Below, piece after piece: positions 38,529-52,000 of a stretch of 64,000 nucleotides of DNA (the first letter of the stretch is position 1; each line of letters opens with the position of its first letter). Source of the DNA: Isurus oxyrinchus (Eukaryota). The stretch covers positions 121,706,001 to 121,770,000 of the forward strand of contig JANJGN010000005.1 of assembly GCA_026770705.1 (NCBI GenBank), read 5' to 3'. The position numbers and the translations under genes were made by a program. The notes beneath the pieces are model-generated. The model saw only the letters and a program-made list of their open reading frames with translations, ran no database searches and was not told the DNA's origin.

Positions 38529-40269
38529 AATGTGCAATTTACTATTATAATGTTTGGTATGATATTTATTCATAAATAAAGTCAATTTTTTATAAATCAC
38601 ATGGGAGGTGGGCACGGTTAGAATGGCCAGTATTTATTGCCCTCCCTAATTGCCTTTGATAAGAAGTTGGTAAGTCACCATCTTGAACCTTGGTAGTGTG
38701 TTGTATAGGTATATTTACAGGACTGTTAAGTAGAGGGTGCCAGAATTTTGACCCAGCGACAATGAAGGAATGGTGGTCCAGTCAGGAAGATTTATGGCTT
38801 TGGAGGGGAAATTGTAGGCAGTAGTGTTCCCATGCACCTGCTGTCCTTGTTCTTCCGGTGATAGAGGTTGTGGGTTGAGAAGGTGCCATCAAAGAAGCTT
38901 TGGTGAGTTCCTGCAGTGCACCTTGTAGAAGTTACACACTGTAGCCATGATGTGTTGACAACAGAGAGAATAAATAGTTAAAGTGTTGGTTGGCATGCCA
39001 GTTAAGTGGGTTGCATTGTTCTGCATAGTACCAAGCTTCTTGAATGTTGCTGGCGCTGCAGTCATCAGGCAAGTATGGAGTATTCCATCACATTCCTGTT
39101 ATGTGTCTTGTAGATGGCGGAATGGCTTTGGGAAGTTGAGAGGTAAGATATCTGTTGCAAAATATCCAACCTCTGACCTGCTGTTACAGCAATAGTATAT
39201 TTGGCTGTTCCAATTTCTTGTCACTGGTGAACCCCAGGATGTTTATGATGGGGGATTCAGGGCACTGGCGACGGGTATGATAGGTGGCATGCGCGGACAA
39301 TATGGCACAATCGGTTTCACGATGGCAGGAAGGCAGGCCTCGATTGTCTGCTCAGCCCTCTGACAGTGGGTTGCATTTCCCGCCAGTGGTTGTCGGGGAG
39401 CTCATTGTAACACATCAACATCTCATTGAAAGGCTATCCCTCCAGGCTCTTGGATTCCACCAGATCATCCGTCCATGTTGGTGGGAAAGCACGTTGATGT
39501 GTTTCACAACAGCACACAGGCGACGTACACTTGGCGGCCTTCACTTTGGGGGAACTGAAGTGAGTGAGCAGCATCATTTTCCACAGCTCACCAGAGCTGC
39601 CTGTTGCTTTGAGGGCTTCAGGGGCGCCGGGAAGCCTGCGTGAAGTGCTGCCCTGCCTCGGAGGCAACTGTTGCTGTTGTTGGTGGGGTGGGGGGTGCAA
39701 CTGCTGCGCAGGCGTTGGATCCTGCGCACAAGAAATTGAGGTGGGGGGCAGGGTAGGTGAGGGAAATGGCCACGCATAAACTGACCATTCATCTGCAACT
39801 GAGACAGTTCAGGCGCAACAATAGTGATATGATTGGGGTCAGGTTCCTAGCCTGCCCACCCATGCAAGCAATGCGGAGGCACCAAAGTGCCACCAAGCGC
39901 TCCAGAACTTACCCCCAACCCCCCCCTCAGGCACAGACTGCGAGTCCGCGGTCACTTTACTGGATCGCGGAGCAGTTGGACTGCACGCGTTGTACAATCT
40001 TCTCGACAACGCTGGCCGTGTATCAGTCATTGCCGGAGATGCTCATAGCCCCTTGCAATCTCAGCATCCCGGTTTGGGACAGTGTCCCCCATGTCACAGT
40101 TTGACAGTGCAGCCATGCAGTGCACTCACCTGTGGCCAAGGGGTGGCCAGCACTCTCCAGGAAGCATTAAGGGGCAGTCATATAGGGCCAAAAACAGTGC
40201 TAAGTACAGCCATGGTAACCATGTCTCTCTCTCTTTCTTTCGTGCCGCAGGAGGACCATGTCAGGAGCA

Positions 40270-41490
40270 GGGAGACTGGTGACCTAGCTGTATGCCTGAT
40301 GACCTACAGAGAGCAAAGAAGACGGAGAAGAGAGAGGGACTGAGGTGCCTGACCGTGCACAGGCACAAGCAGCAATCTCAGGAAGAAGGGACTGCTGGGG
40401 CTCTCACATACATTGCCCGGAGCGACAGCGACCAGGTGGCTGGTCGGTGTCTAGCGACACCCAGGGTCTATAGACGTTGCCTGTCATTTCTGCAGATGAC
40501 CGAGAACCAGTGTCGCTGATGACTGCCTCTGTCTAAGGATCTGGTTGCTCACATCTGCTATCTGCTGCTTGACTTGGTGCCAAGGGCACATGGAGGGCAA
40601 CAGGTGCTAGTGGCTGTGAAAGTGACCGTGGACACAATTTTTATGTCACTGACTCCTTTCAGGGCTCCACAGAAGACCTCTGGGATATCACAAGCCGCCA
40701 CCCACAAATGCATCTAAGAAGTCACGAATGCCATCTTCTCAAAGGCACACAACTTTGTGCATTTCTCCCAGGACCTGGACAGCCAGGATGCAAAGGCCAT
40801 TGGGTTCGCTGGATCTTGAGATTCCCACAGGTGCAGGGTGCAATCGACTGCATCCATGTGGCATTCAGGTCTCCATCGCTGCACATGGCGGACAACATCA
40901 ACTGCAAGGGATTCCACTCATTGTGCAGCTGGTATGTGACCACCAGAAACACATCCTGCAAGTATGCGCACAGTTTCTAGAGATTGTGAACGCTGCCTAC
41001 ATCCTCAGTCAGTCACAGATCCCTGGAGTCTTCCACGTTCCACAGAAGCTGCAGGGATGGCTCCTTGGGGACAAGGGCTACCTGCAGAGGCTGTGGCTGA
41101 TGACATCCATGTGGTGGTTTCAGACTGCAGCAGAGCGACGGTATAATGTGGCTCATGCTGCAGCTTGCAACTTGGCGGAGCAGACCATCGGGATGCTGAT
41201 GATAAGGCTCCAGTGCCTGAACGAGTCGGGTGGAGCCCTGCAATACAGTCTGCAGAGGGTGTCGTGCATTGTCATTGTCTGCTGTGCCCTTTACAGCCTG
41301 GCACTCCAATGGGGAAACGAACTGGCTGAGGAGGAGATGGAGGATCTGCATGTCTCCTCCGATGAGGAAGACACTGACGGGGATGAGGGTGAGGAGGTCT
41401 TCGGAGGTGACAATGACGGGGATAAGGCCCTTGCACTGGTTACATGAGGCAGGCATGCTCAGGAGGCCCTCATACCTGCTAGATTTATGA
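40270..41490 (+). pseudogene. Harbinger DDE transposase pseudogene
   Basis: RVYRRCLSFLQMTENQC, FPQVQGAIDCIHV, CKGFHS, GWLLGDKGY, ERRYNVAH, EQTIGML, acidic tail; several frameshifts and stops. Confidence 0.92.
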
Positions 41491-42249
41491 AGGATGGTGA
41501 CGACATGCAGTGAGATGACCCCCTAGATCCTCATAGCGCCTTTATGAACGTTTGACTCCACTCTGTTTTATGGCAGTGCAAATACCCTGTGAGAATGCTC
41601 CTGTCATGGAGATGCAGTGGAGGCCTTAATAGTTGCTCGATTGCAGGAGGATGATAGTGACAAGCAGTGAGGACACTCCATAGATCTTCACATAGCCCCT
41701 GATAATGTCTGACTTCTGTCTGACTGAGGGCAGCTCGCTTGCGTTCTGTGATCAGGGTTATATCATGGAGATGCAGCCATGAAACTTTAGAAGCATCTGG
41801 TGCTTTGTCCGCCTTCAGTACCTGAGCCCTTCAGGAGCTGGAGCACAGCATCAGTGGTCACAGATGCTGAGGAGATGGGAGCCAGCTACTCCTTAAGGGT
41901 GCTGAGAGCGCACAGAGAGAATGAGAGAACTCTGTGGCGCCTTCCCACTACATTCTGGCAGTAATGACTAGCACCGCCAAGGTACAGGCATCAGTAATGT
42001 TTCCAGGGAGTGTGCGACCAGACCATCACTTTGGTCTGAAGGCTGCACAGAGCACAGGGAAGAGGCCCTGGACTGAGACACCTGCCTTTATCTCCTGCAG
42101 AAAGGTTTCATATCTGAGTGACAAGAACACTGCTCAAGGAGCCATAGGCAGGGAGACATTCTTGGGAGTTTATTGACTATAGTGAACAGTATGTACAAGT
42201 GACTAACACCTGTGCACAGGTTATGCAACTAATTCTCCTTAGTTTTCCT

Positions 42250-44040
42250 AACCCCGACACTACATCTTGGTACTCTGTGGACATCTACAGCAGAGGCTGA
42301 GGCAGTCTGCTGACTGCGATGACTGTGATGACTTTGGCGGCAATACTCTGGAGGGCCAAGACTTGGAGGGCCCTGGCCTGCTTTCAGGGTACTGCTGTGT
42401 AGCTGTGGCACCTTCCTCAGCTTGTGAAGCTGGAGCTACTGAGGGTACAGGAAGAGGGGATTCAGATGGGCCGGTCACTCCCAGAGCCACCTGGGTGAAT
42501 GGGCCCACCTGTTGATCATCCTCCCTGTGGGTGCTCATAGGCCCCTGGCTGACTCTTTGAGGGGAAGGGGTAGCTGAAGTGAGCCCTAGCTGCCCCGCAC
42601 CCCTCTCATGTACACTATGTAGGCCAACTTTGACATCAGCAGTGGAGCTGAGCACATGCAGCAATGCAGGAGGTCTCCATGGTGGCTGCCATCCTACCAG
42701 TGCTGACCTCGGTGCTTTGGCATGCTGGCACTATCAGCTCAGCCTGAAGGTGGATGGACTCCTCCATTGTGCCTTGCAATCTGAAGAGTGCAGCAGACAT
42801 CCCTTCCTGATGTTCCTGAGCTTGCTTTTGCATCTCCAGCAACTGTGACATGACCAAGCCCAGAGGTTCGTCATGTGAGTTGGACTCAGAAAATTTCTGG
42901 CCTCCAGCAGTCCTCCAAATTCCGGGGACTTGGGAAGTCCTTGCCACCGCCTGCTGCGGATCAGACAGTGTGATGTGCTTACTAGATTGTGATCCTGTGT
43001 CTATTCTAAAGCTAGGTCCCACCAAGACGTGTGTCACTGCGCTGGTGGAGGGTGTGGGTGAGCGCTGTGACGGAACTTCGAGGAGGGTGCCTTCAGATTC
43101 CCCTCCGGAGGTTTCTTCGGGGCTTGATTGGAGGCCCCGGGTCATGGACTCTGTCAGCTGTTTGGCAGATGTGCCTGCGAAAGCACGGAGAGATAATTAG
43201 TGCATGGCAGTGGCCTGTAAAAGAGGACATATCACTCACGGCCTGGTTGTCTGATGGATGTTGCATTGCTGGATCCTCACTTGGTAGAGCAGTGCCAACC
43301 TCACCGTCAGCACAGGACCGGTCCAGATCCTCGCCAGTCAGCTGGATGACTCTGTTTTCAAAGTCTGTGAGGACCTTGATTGTGGGCATTCTGCCACCAG
43401 TCTGCAACCTCTCTCTCTTGTTATGTGCCAGCTTGTCCCTCATGGATAGAGATGGAGAAAGTGTAAGTAGGATGCCTGCCAGACCAGATGATAAATGTCC
43501 CTGAAACAAAAACAAAAAGTGCTAGAAAAACTCAGAATAAGAGTCACACGGACTCGAAACGTTAACTCTGTCTTTCTCTCTACAGATGCTGTCAGATCTG
43601 CTGAGTTTTTCCAGCACTTTTTTTGTTTTTGTTTCAGATTTCCAGCATCCGTGGTATTTTACCTCTATTTTAGATAAATGTGCCTGGCCTGTGTGGGTGG
43701 TGAGTGGTCCAATAGATGGCTGAGGACAAAGGTATGTGTGAGAGTGTGAATTGTGATGTCCCTTGATCTGACAGAGTGAGGGCCTTGTGGATGTGTGCTG
43801 TGTTTGTGAGTGTGTGAGTTGAGAGTGATGAAAAAGTGGCACAGGATGGCTGTCCTCTCCTAAAGGGCGTTGGCACTGACCCCCACTGCTACCGTCTCCC
43901 AAGCCTTGGTCACATTGCCCAACCTACAGCCAGAGCGGGAGTACAGGATATCCCAGCGGGCCTCCACAGCATCCACAGTCACTCGTGGGACCCGTCATTA
44001 AACCGGGGTGCTGTGGTCTTTTTTCCTTTGCTGGCCATGT
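42250..44040 (-). pseudogene. Harbinger Myb/SANT-like (MSANTD/NAIF1-type) gene remnant, about 3 exons
   Basis: MASKGKKTTAPRFND (exon 1), DKLAHNKRERLQTGGRMPTIKVLTDFENRVIQL (exon 2), S/T-rich plus coiled-coil exon 3. Confidence 0.8.
43504..43672 (+). mobile_element. 169-bp mini Penelope-like insertion (damaged hammerhead + tail) with an inverted 5' end
   Basis: 43504-43534 is a reverse-complement copy of the internal tail; flanked by GATAAATGTCCCTG (43490-43503) / GATAAATGTGCCTG (43673-43686). Confidence 0.85.
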
Positions 44041-44384
44041 CTCCTGGGCCATGGCGGTGAGCTGGTAGCGATGAGCAGTATGCTGGTGGCTGCCTTTTAA
44101 ACATGGTGGCCAGTATGATGCAATGGCGGAGTGATGGCGGGAAGGCAAAAGAGAGCCCGCCTGTCATGGAAACGGCGTGTTTCCCGGGAGTGCATAAATA
44201 ATGAGGCGGGTTTGGGATGATATGCCGCGAAAACCCGCCATCATCGGCGGCGGGTAGGATGCCTTTTTGCCCACCCACTACTGCACTTAGTGCAAATTTG
44301 GGAAAATTTCGCCCTTAGTGATGGTAATGTCCTTGAATGTGGAGGTGGTCATTGCCTCATGTGGAGTGAATGTTACTTATGTTA

Positions 44385-44855
44385 TTAAGAATGGATGATA
44401 GGGCACTAGTGGGGGTGGGCGGAGCATAAAAGATTTAAAAATATTTAAAATATTTTAAAATACCCCCATTAGAGCTATACCTTGAGTGCCCTACCATCCA
44501 TTCTTAATTAGCACATTCGTTTAGATAATATCACCAACTTCGACACCTATGTGTTCTTTTGTTCTGCTGTCTGTGACATCTTTTGATGATCTGCTTCTAT
44601 CACTGCTTTTGCCTACAACCACACCACCCCCCCTCCACTTCTCTCCCCCCACCCAACCCCACCCCCCACCACCTTAAACCAGCTTATATTTCACCCCTTT
44701 CTGGGATTCGCCTAGTTCTGTCGAAGGGTCATGAGGACTCGAAACGTCAACTCTTTTTTTCTCTGCCGATGCTGCCAGATCTGCTGAGTTTTTCCAGGTA
44801 ATTCTGTTTTTGTTTTGTATTTCCAGCATTCGCAGTTTTTTGTTTTTTGTTTTTA
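44385..44855 (+). mobile_element. Penelope-like 3' UTR copy with short inverted 5' arm (44385-44460); hammerhead at 44714-44752
   Basis: Homologous to 29555-29955; the first ~75 bp are reverse complement of the 3' UTR. Confidence 0.88.
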
Positions 44856-45263
44856 TCACTTTTCCACTTTGTTGGCTAGATGCTAGTGTTGTAGCTAGAC
44901 TGGAATAGCTCGGCTAGTGGCACAGCTAGTTCACAAACACAAATCCTCAACATGACAGCCAGGGTGTTGTCATTATTATTCACCAAATTATGATGATCAT
45001 TTTTACCTGTTTGTGCTTCATAATTAGCTTAAGCCTGAATTCAAATCTTAATTTAGCTATAGAGTGCTTTAGCCCTGTCAACTGTTGTGGGTAAAGTAGT
45101 AGCTTACCTGTGATTTAATTGCAACATATAAGCAGCTCCTTTCAAATGTTAAAAATAGTTTATTTGGCTAAAGTTACAATGAATGTATAGCTTACCATTT
45201 CCAAATTTGCATGTCTTTTTCATAAGATCATTACGCATTTAGACATTTATTTCCTAATTGAAG

Positions 45264-45422
45264 GTTCAAAAGAAGAAAGTCACCATTATTGACCTGAAAG
45301 ATCAAATGAAACAACTTCAGCAGCAATACAATGAATCGGTGGAGGACAATGGACGCTTACGAGCCCGACTTGAAGCTTGGATTATCACTGCGCAAAGTGA
45401 ACAAGATATCCTTTCAAATGAG
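45264..45422 (+). CDS. Internal exon of an unidentified coiled-coil protein gene (159 nt, phase 0-0)
   Basis: ttgaag acceptor, GAG|gtaata donor; VQKKKVTIIDLKDQMKQLQQQYNESVEDNGRLRARLEAWIITAQSEQDILSNE; non-repeat AT-rich flanks. Confidence 0.75.
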
Positions 45423-45469
45423 GTAATATCCAGAATTTTTAATAAATATTCTGACAAATGTATCTGAAA

Positions 45470-46132
45470 TGCATAGATCTTTGAAGGTGTCAGAACATTT
45501 TGAGATAGCAGTTAGCAGAACATATGGGACCTTGGGCTACATAGAAGTATTGAGTACAAAAGGCATTAGGCTGAACATATATAAAATTTTGGTTAGGCCA
45601 CAACTAGAGTATTGTGTACAGTTCTGGTCACCAGACTTCAGGAAGAATGTGAAGGTCCTTGAGAGGAGATTTACTAGAATGATTCAAGGAATGAAGGAAT
45701 TCAACTATGTGATGGCTCGGTGAAGCTGGGGTTGCTCTCTTGGAGCAAAGGAGATTTGATAGATATATATAAGATTATGGCAGGTTTAGATAAGGTAGGC
45801 AAAGAAAAGTTATTCCCAATAGCTAATGATACAAAGACTAGGGGACACAGTTTTGAGATTTAGATTTTGGGCAAGAGATATGAGGAGGTTGGGGGGTTGG
45901 TGTGAGAAAGAACTTTTATGCAGCGAGTGGTAATGACCTAAAACTCACTGCCATGCGGGTGGTGGAAGCGGAGATGATCAATGATTTCAAAAGAAAATTT
46001 AATAGGCACTTAAGGGAAATAAACTACAAAGGGTACAGGCCTAGAGTGGGGAATGGGCCTGACTGGATTGCTCAATAGAAAGCCAGCATGAACTCAGTGG
46101 GCTAAATGGTCTCCTTCTATGCTTTTATGACT
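45470..46132 (+). mobile_element. Decayed CR1 3' end
   Basis: IYKILVRPQLEYCVQFWSP; CR1-type 3' UTR. Confidence 0.88.
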
Positions 46133-46168
46133 CTTAAGTAATTATTTTTTTAATTTATAAATCTACAG

Positions 46169-46252
46169 GTCTTTTGTAAAGAAGACATAATCCATCAACT
46201 AAGAATGAAACAATTAGCTCAAGAGGAAAAATGTAATATAGCAGAAGAACAG
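46169..46252 (+). CDS. Internal exon of the same gene (84 nt, phase 0-0, GC donor)
   Basis: ctacag acceptor, CAG|gcaagt donor; VFCKEDIIHQLRMKQLAQEEKCNIAEEQ. Confidence 0.68.
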
Positions 46253-48008
46253 GCAAGTTTTTAAAGTTTTGTTTCATGTCAATATAGCGTGTTATGCAAA
46301 CAAGTTTATTAACTGAGATAATTTTTATTCTTAACATACATATATAAGATTCAGTGGACTTCCATTAAATTTTCAACTTCTCATATTTTATATATTTATA
46401 TATTCCAAACTAACTTGAGTTGTATCAATATATGTTCCAATAATTTACCTCATCCAGCATCCGACAGTTTATTCAGGCTTTCAATGGAGAGAACCATTAT
46501 GGCATACTGACTCCAAGATGTTACCCCATTATTTTCCCTTCCCTCAATTTGTAGGGTGCCCCTATGATGTGATGCATCAGTTATTTTCTCCATAAGGATT
46601 CCAAACTGGATAAAAACCTATTCCAATAAGATAGGAAGGGGTCAGCTTCAATTAACTGTGCATGGCGATGGGAGGTTGAGGTTAAGAAACAGAAATCCAG
46701 ATTAGAGATGAAGAATTTCAAATTTGAAATGGTGAAAGAGGGAGGCGTATTAGAGAAAGATATTCTTTGACTGAATAGAAAGAGATGGAAACCTTAAAGA
46801 TAGGCATATGATAAAACTAATGCAAACAATGCTAAGGAATATCGTGAGGAATGTGAGAAATGCAGCCGGGGAGCAAGGGTGAAAAGTAGAAGGGCCAAAA
46901 GAAAACTTATAAAAATCTCGGTAATATAAAAGGAAATAAAAACAGTTTTTATAAGGAGATTAAAAGTGAAAGAATAATTGGAGAGAGTGTAGGATTTCTC
47001 AGAGATTAAGAGGGACTCTAGTTTGCGAAGTTAAAAGTATTGGGGACAACATAGTTTATATCAGCTTTTACAAATAATAAAGAGAGAATGTTGGTGTACT
47101 AGGGGAGAATTTTCAATGTAAGCTGTTTTCTTCCATAAATGTGCATATAATTTTGCTCCTTTTCTTGCTACGCATCTTTTCTTTATTCCCAAAGAGGTGG
47201 TGGGCCAGTAATAGACAACCCTGCTGAGAGTCTGGGACCAGGGATCTCACAAAACAGTGGATTTAAAGTGTTCATTGATTGCCAAGATAAGCTAACAAAT
47301 TGCTTATTGTTTTTGATTCTTGGGGAAACAACTTCATAGCGTAGCTTATTAGAATTTGAATCATAAGTTAGATTCCCTGCTCTTATTTAAAAACTTGTAT
47401 GAACACACTTTGCTTTAAAGACCAATTCTTCATTCTTTTCCAAATCTTTAATATGGAAGAATGGGAGGCAGTTTTCGGCATACACCCAAAATGGCTCGAC
47501 TGCCTGCCTGAAGCTAGCATTTTTGGATTCAAGTGATGCTTGAACTGTGAATGCCTCCCTGCAACTCACCAGTAAGGTAGTGTGGCAAACCAGCTTGGTC
47601 CTATCCTGGGCCTCTAGGAATGAAGGAACGAGAACTTAATTTATTGGTATTGGGGCTCACTAGGTTGTTGGAACTGGAAGATTTCTGTGGATCCAGGATT
47701 ACAAATTTCTTCAGCTGTAGATGGTTTTTAATATAAGTGAAATTTGATTCAGTTGGTATACTTTGTCCATCCATGAACATGTCAAGAGCTCAATAATGCA
47801 GGACCCTTTATGGAATGGTTAAATTAAAAAGAAAGCTAGGAAAGCAAAGAGAAGCAATTAAAAATATATTGGCAAGCTGAATCAAGGAAAACCCAAAGAT
47901 GTTTTATAAACACTAAAAGAGAAAGAGTAAAGAGTAGTGCAGATTAGAAATGAAAAGGTTAATTGTGTATGGAGGAGCAAGTTGTAAGTATGGTTCTTAG
48001 ATTCATAG

Positions 48009-48451
48009 GACTGGATTTTAGAGGGTGCCAAAGTTGCCACCTCCTTGGTTAAAAGGTCGGCGGGGTGTGGTGGAGGCGCACGGCAACAGCTTGCCCCCAC
48101 TCCAGTCAGCTGCCCCACAGCCATTTAACACTTAGAGAAGTTTTAATTGGCCTGAAGCAGACCTTCTGCCCCATCTGGGCAGAAAGTTCCTTCTCCAAGA
48201 GCTGCCAGCCAATTGTATGTCCAGCAGCTCTCTGGTCCCAGCAGTGCCATTGGTGGACATTGCTGGAACTGCATCTAGTCCGGCATATCGAGGAGCCAGG
48301 TGACGAATGCATATTAAAAACTGGGGGGACAGCATGTTGCCAGGATCATGCTGGCAGGCTGAGGGGGCAGGGAGGCAGCGGGCATGGCCCTCACTGGATT
48401 TTAAATGCCCTATATGTTCAAATCCACCATAGGGGAGCTTAAATCCAGCCC
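48009..48451. mobile_element. Harbinger-type MITE
   Basis: GGACTGGATTTTA...TAAATCCAGCCC inverted termini. Confidence 0.65.
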
Positions 48452-49000
48452 ATAGCCATTACAGCACAGAAAGGGGCCATTTGGCCCATGGAGTGCGGCT
48501 GGAAAACAGGGCTTTTCTGGGATTTGAGCCCAGGACGTCTTGCATACTTTGACTAAGAACCACAAAGTAAGACAAGCCAATGATTATTTAGTGCCTGCTT
48601 CCACAAAAGAGAGGGATGAAGCAGACATTGTAATTAAGATGTGTGAAATATTGGATAGGATAAACGTAGTGAGGGAGGCAATATTGAGGAGGAATTATTG
48701 GACAACCTCAGCCTCTTTGAAACTAAATGAACCACTAGACCCGGATGAAATGTATTCCAAGCTGCTCAGAGAAGCAAGGGAAGAAATAGTAGAAACTCTG
48801 ACCATTTTTTGACTCTCTCTAGCTACAGATATGGTACTGTTTAAAAAGGGAAGGATAGCCAGAGTAATTGCAGGCCTATCAGCTAACTTTGGTGGTGGGA
48901 AATTAATTGGAAGAATGCTGAAGGATGGTATAAGTCATCATTATGGATGATCCATCAGCATGGATTATTCAAGGACAGTCAGTATGGATTTGTTAAGGGC

Positions 49001-52000
49001 ATAAAAACATAGAACAGAAGAAATAGGAGCAGGGGTCGGCCATTCGGCCACTCAAGCCTGCCCTGCCTTCCAATAAGATCATGGCTGATCTGCCTCAGGC
49101 CTCAACTCCTCTTTTGTGCCAGCTCCTCACAGTCCTCAACTCCCCAATACTTCAAAAATCTATGTACATCCTCTTTAAATATTTCCGTGATCTAGCCTTC
49201 ACAACTCGCTGGAGTAGAGAATTCCAGGTATTCACTATTGTTTGAGAGAGCAAATTTCTTCGTATCTCAGTTTTAAATGCGTGCATTCTATAACTATGTC
49301 CCCTAGTTCTAGATTCCTCCACTAATGGAAGCATCATCTCAACATCTACCTTGTCAAGCCCCCTCAGAATCTTGTACATTTCAATAAGATCACCCTCCAT
49401 TCTCCTGAACTCTCATGAATAAAGGCCTAACCTTTTTAGCTGTTCTTGGTAAATCAACCCTTTCATATCAGGAATTGGCCTAGTGAATCTCTGTTGAACT
49501 GCCTCCAATGCCAGTATATCCTTTCTTAAATATGGGGACCAAAACCATAAACAGCACTCCAGGTACGGCCTCACCAACACCCTGTACAGTTGTAACAAGA
49601 CTTCCCTATTTTTAAATTCCAACCCCCTTGCAATACAGGCCTAAATTCCATTTGCCCTCTCAATTACTCGCTGTATCTGCATGTTAACTTCCTGTGTTTC
49701 ATGCACAAGAACACCCAGATCCTTCTGTGCTGAGGTTTTGGGAGTCTCCAGTTAAATAGTAGTCTACTTTTTGATTCCTCCTACCAAAGTGCATGATCTC
49801 ACATTTTCCTACATTAAACCCTATCTGCCAAGTGTTTGCCCACTCACTCAACCTATCTATGTCCCCTTGCAGATTCCTTATATCTTCATCACAACATGCC
49901 TCCCATCTATTTTTGTATCATCAGCAAATTTCAATACATTACACTCTGCCCCCTCCTCCAACTCATTAACATAGATAGTAAATATTTGAGGCCCTAGGAC
50001 TGATCCTTGTGGCACTCCACTAGTTATGTCTTTGCAGCCTGAAAAAGCCCCATTAATCCTGACTTTCTGTTTTCTGTGTGTTGAAAAATCCTGAACCCAT
50101 GCTAATACATTACCCCTAATACTGTGAGCTCCTGTATTGTAGAATAACCTTTTATGTGGTACTTATGGAATGCCTTCTGGAAATCCATCTACCGGTTCCC
50201 CTTTATCAACTCTGCTTGTTATATCCTCGAAGAACTCTAGCAAATTTGTCAAACATGATTTCCCTTTCACAAAACCATGTTGATTCTGTTCGATTGCGAT
50301 AAGCTTTTCTAAATGTCCTGCTATTTCTTCCTTAACAATGGACCCCAGCATTTTCCCAATGACAGATGTTAGGCTGACTAGCTATAGTTTCCTGATTCTT
50401 GCCTCCCTCCCTCTTTGAACAGGGGTGTCATATTAGCAGTTTTCCAATCCGCTGGAACCCTCCTGAAATACAGTGAGTTCTGGAATATTTCGACCAATGC
50501 CTCCACTATCTCTGCAGCCACTCCCTTTAAAACCTTTGGATGCAGGCCATCAGGTCCTGGCGACTTGTCTGCCTTTAGCCCCAATAGTTTGTCAAATACT
50601 TTATCCCTCATGATGGAGATTGTTACACGATCTTTCCTCCCATTAGCTCCTTGCATATCTGTTATCTTTGGGATGTTTATAGTGTCCTCCACTGTGAAGA
50701 CCGATGCAAAATATTGGTTTAAATTATCTGCTGTTTCCCTGTTCCCCATTATCAATTCTCCAGCTGCATCCTCCAAGAGCTCACCCTCACTTTAGCCACT
50801 CTCTCTTTTTATATACCTGTGGAACCTCTTGCTGTGTATTTTTACATTTCTTGCCAATTTCCTTTCATTATCAATTTTCTCCCTCTTTATTAGCTTTTTA
50901 GTTCCTTAAAAAAATCCCAATCCTCTGGCCTACCACTAGTTTTTGCCACTTTGTATGCCTTTGTTTTTGATTGGATATTCTCCTGACCACCTTTGTTAAC
51001 CATGGGTAGTTCATCCTTTTCATCGAGTCCTTCTTTTTGACCGGGATAAATTTTTTGCTGAGTGTTATGAAATATCTGCTTAAATATCTGCCAGTGCTCA
51101 TCCACTGACCTTTCCCTTAGTCCATTTTCCCAGTCTGCTTTAGACAATCCTTTCTTCATACCTCTGCAATGCCCCTTATTTAAGTTGACACTAGTTTGAG
51201 ACCCGAGTTGCTCGTCCTCAAACTGAATTTGAAATTCTACCATGTTGTGATTGTTGTCCTCTAGAGGATCCTTAACTACGATATCCCTGATTAACCCCAC
51301 TTCATTACACATTACCAGATCTAAAATAGCCTGTTCCCGGGTAGGTTCTCCAACATATTACTCTAAAAACAATCCCTGTTGCACTCTACAAATTCGTCTT
51401 CCATGTTACCCCTGCCAATCTGATTTGTCCAGTCGATATGCAGATTAAAATCACCCATGACAATTGTAGCGCCCTTCTTACACACCTCCATTATTTCCCG
51501 ACTTAGACCTTGTCCTACAGTGAGGAAATTCTTTGGGGGCCTATAGATGACTCCCACCCATGACCTCTTCCTCCTGCTATTCCTTATTTCCACCCAAACT
51601 GATTCCACATCACGACTTATTGTACCTATATCAGTACTAACCACCACACTGATACCTTCCTTTATTAACAAAGCTACCCCACCTCCTTTTCCTTTTTCCC
51701 TATTTTTTCGGAATGTCGAACACCCTTGAATATTGACTTCCTAGTCTTAGTCACCCTGCAAACACGTCTCTGTAATAACTAGCAAGTCATTCATTTATTT
51801 CTATTTGTGCCATCAACTCATCTATCTTGTTACAAATGCTACGTGCATTCAGATAAAGAGCCATAAGCTTTGACTTTGTACCATTATTGCTCATTCTGGT
51901 TCTGATTTCTTCTGCTTATATTTTCTGCCTCTCCTTGTCACACTTTGATTATTGTTCGCCTCTTCACTACCCTGCACCTCTTCTCTCTCGTTTCTTTTTG

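Larger units (their letters stand above)
39260..44314. mobile_element. Near full-length decayed Harbinger/PIF transposon with convergent transposase and Myb/SANT genes
   Basis: GGGC...GAAAATTTCGCCC termini, TCA/TTA 3-bp flanks, both genes recognisable. Confidence 0.9.
38610..44980 (-). mobile_element. CR1/L2-group LINE 3' part (38610-39259 and 44315-44980) split by a Harbinger and a PLE fragment
   Basis: Colinear with 54690-55460; host sequence GGGGATTCAG|TGATGGTA is interrupted at 39260/44317. Confidence 0.8.

Noticed and set aside
40728-41447. Domesticated HARBI1 gene
   Set aside because: Frameshifts, stops, TIRs and multiple related copies indicate transposon pseudogenes.
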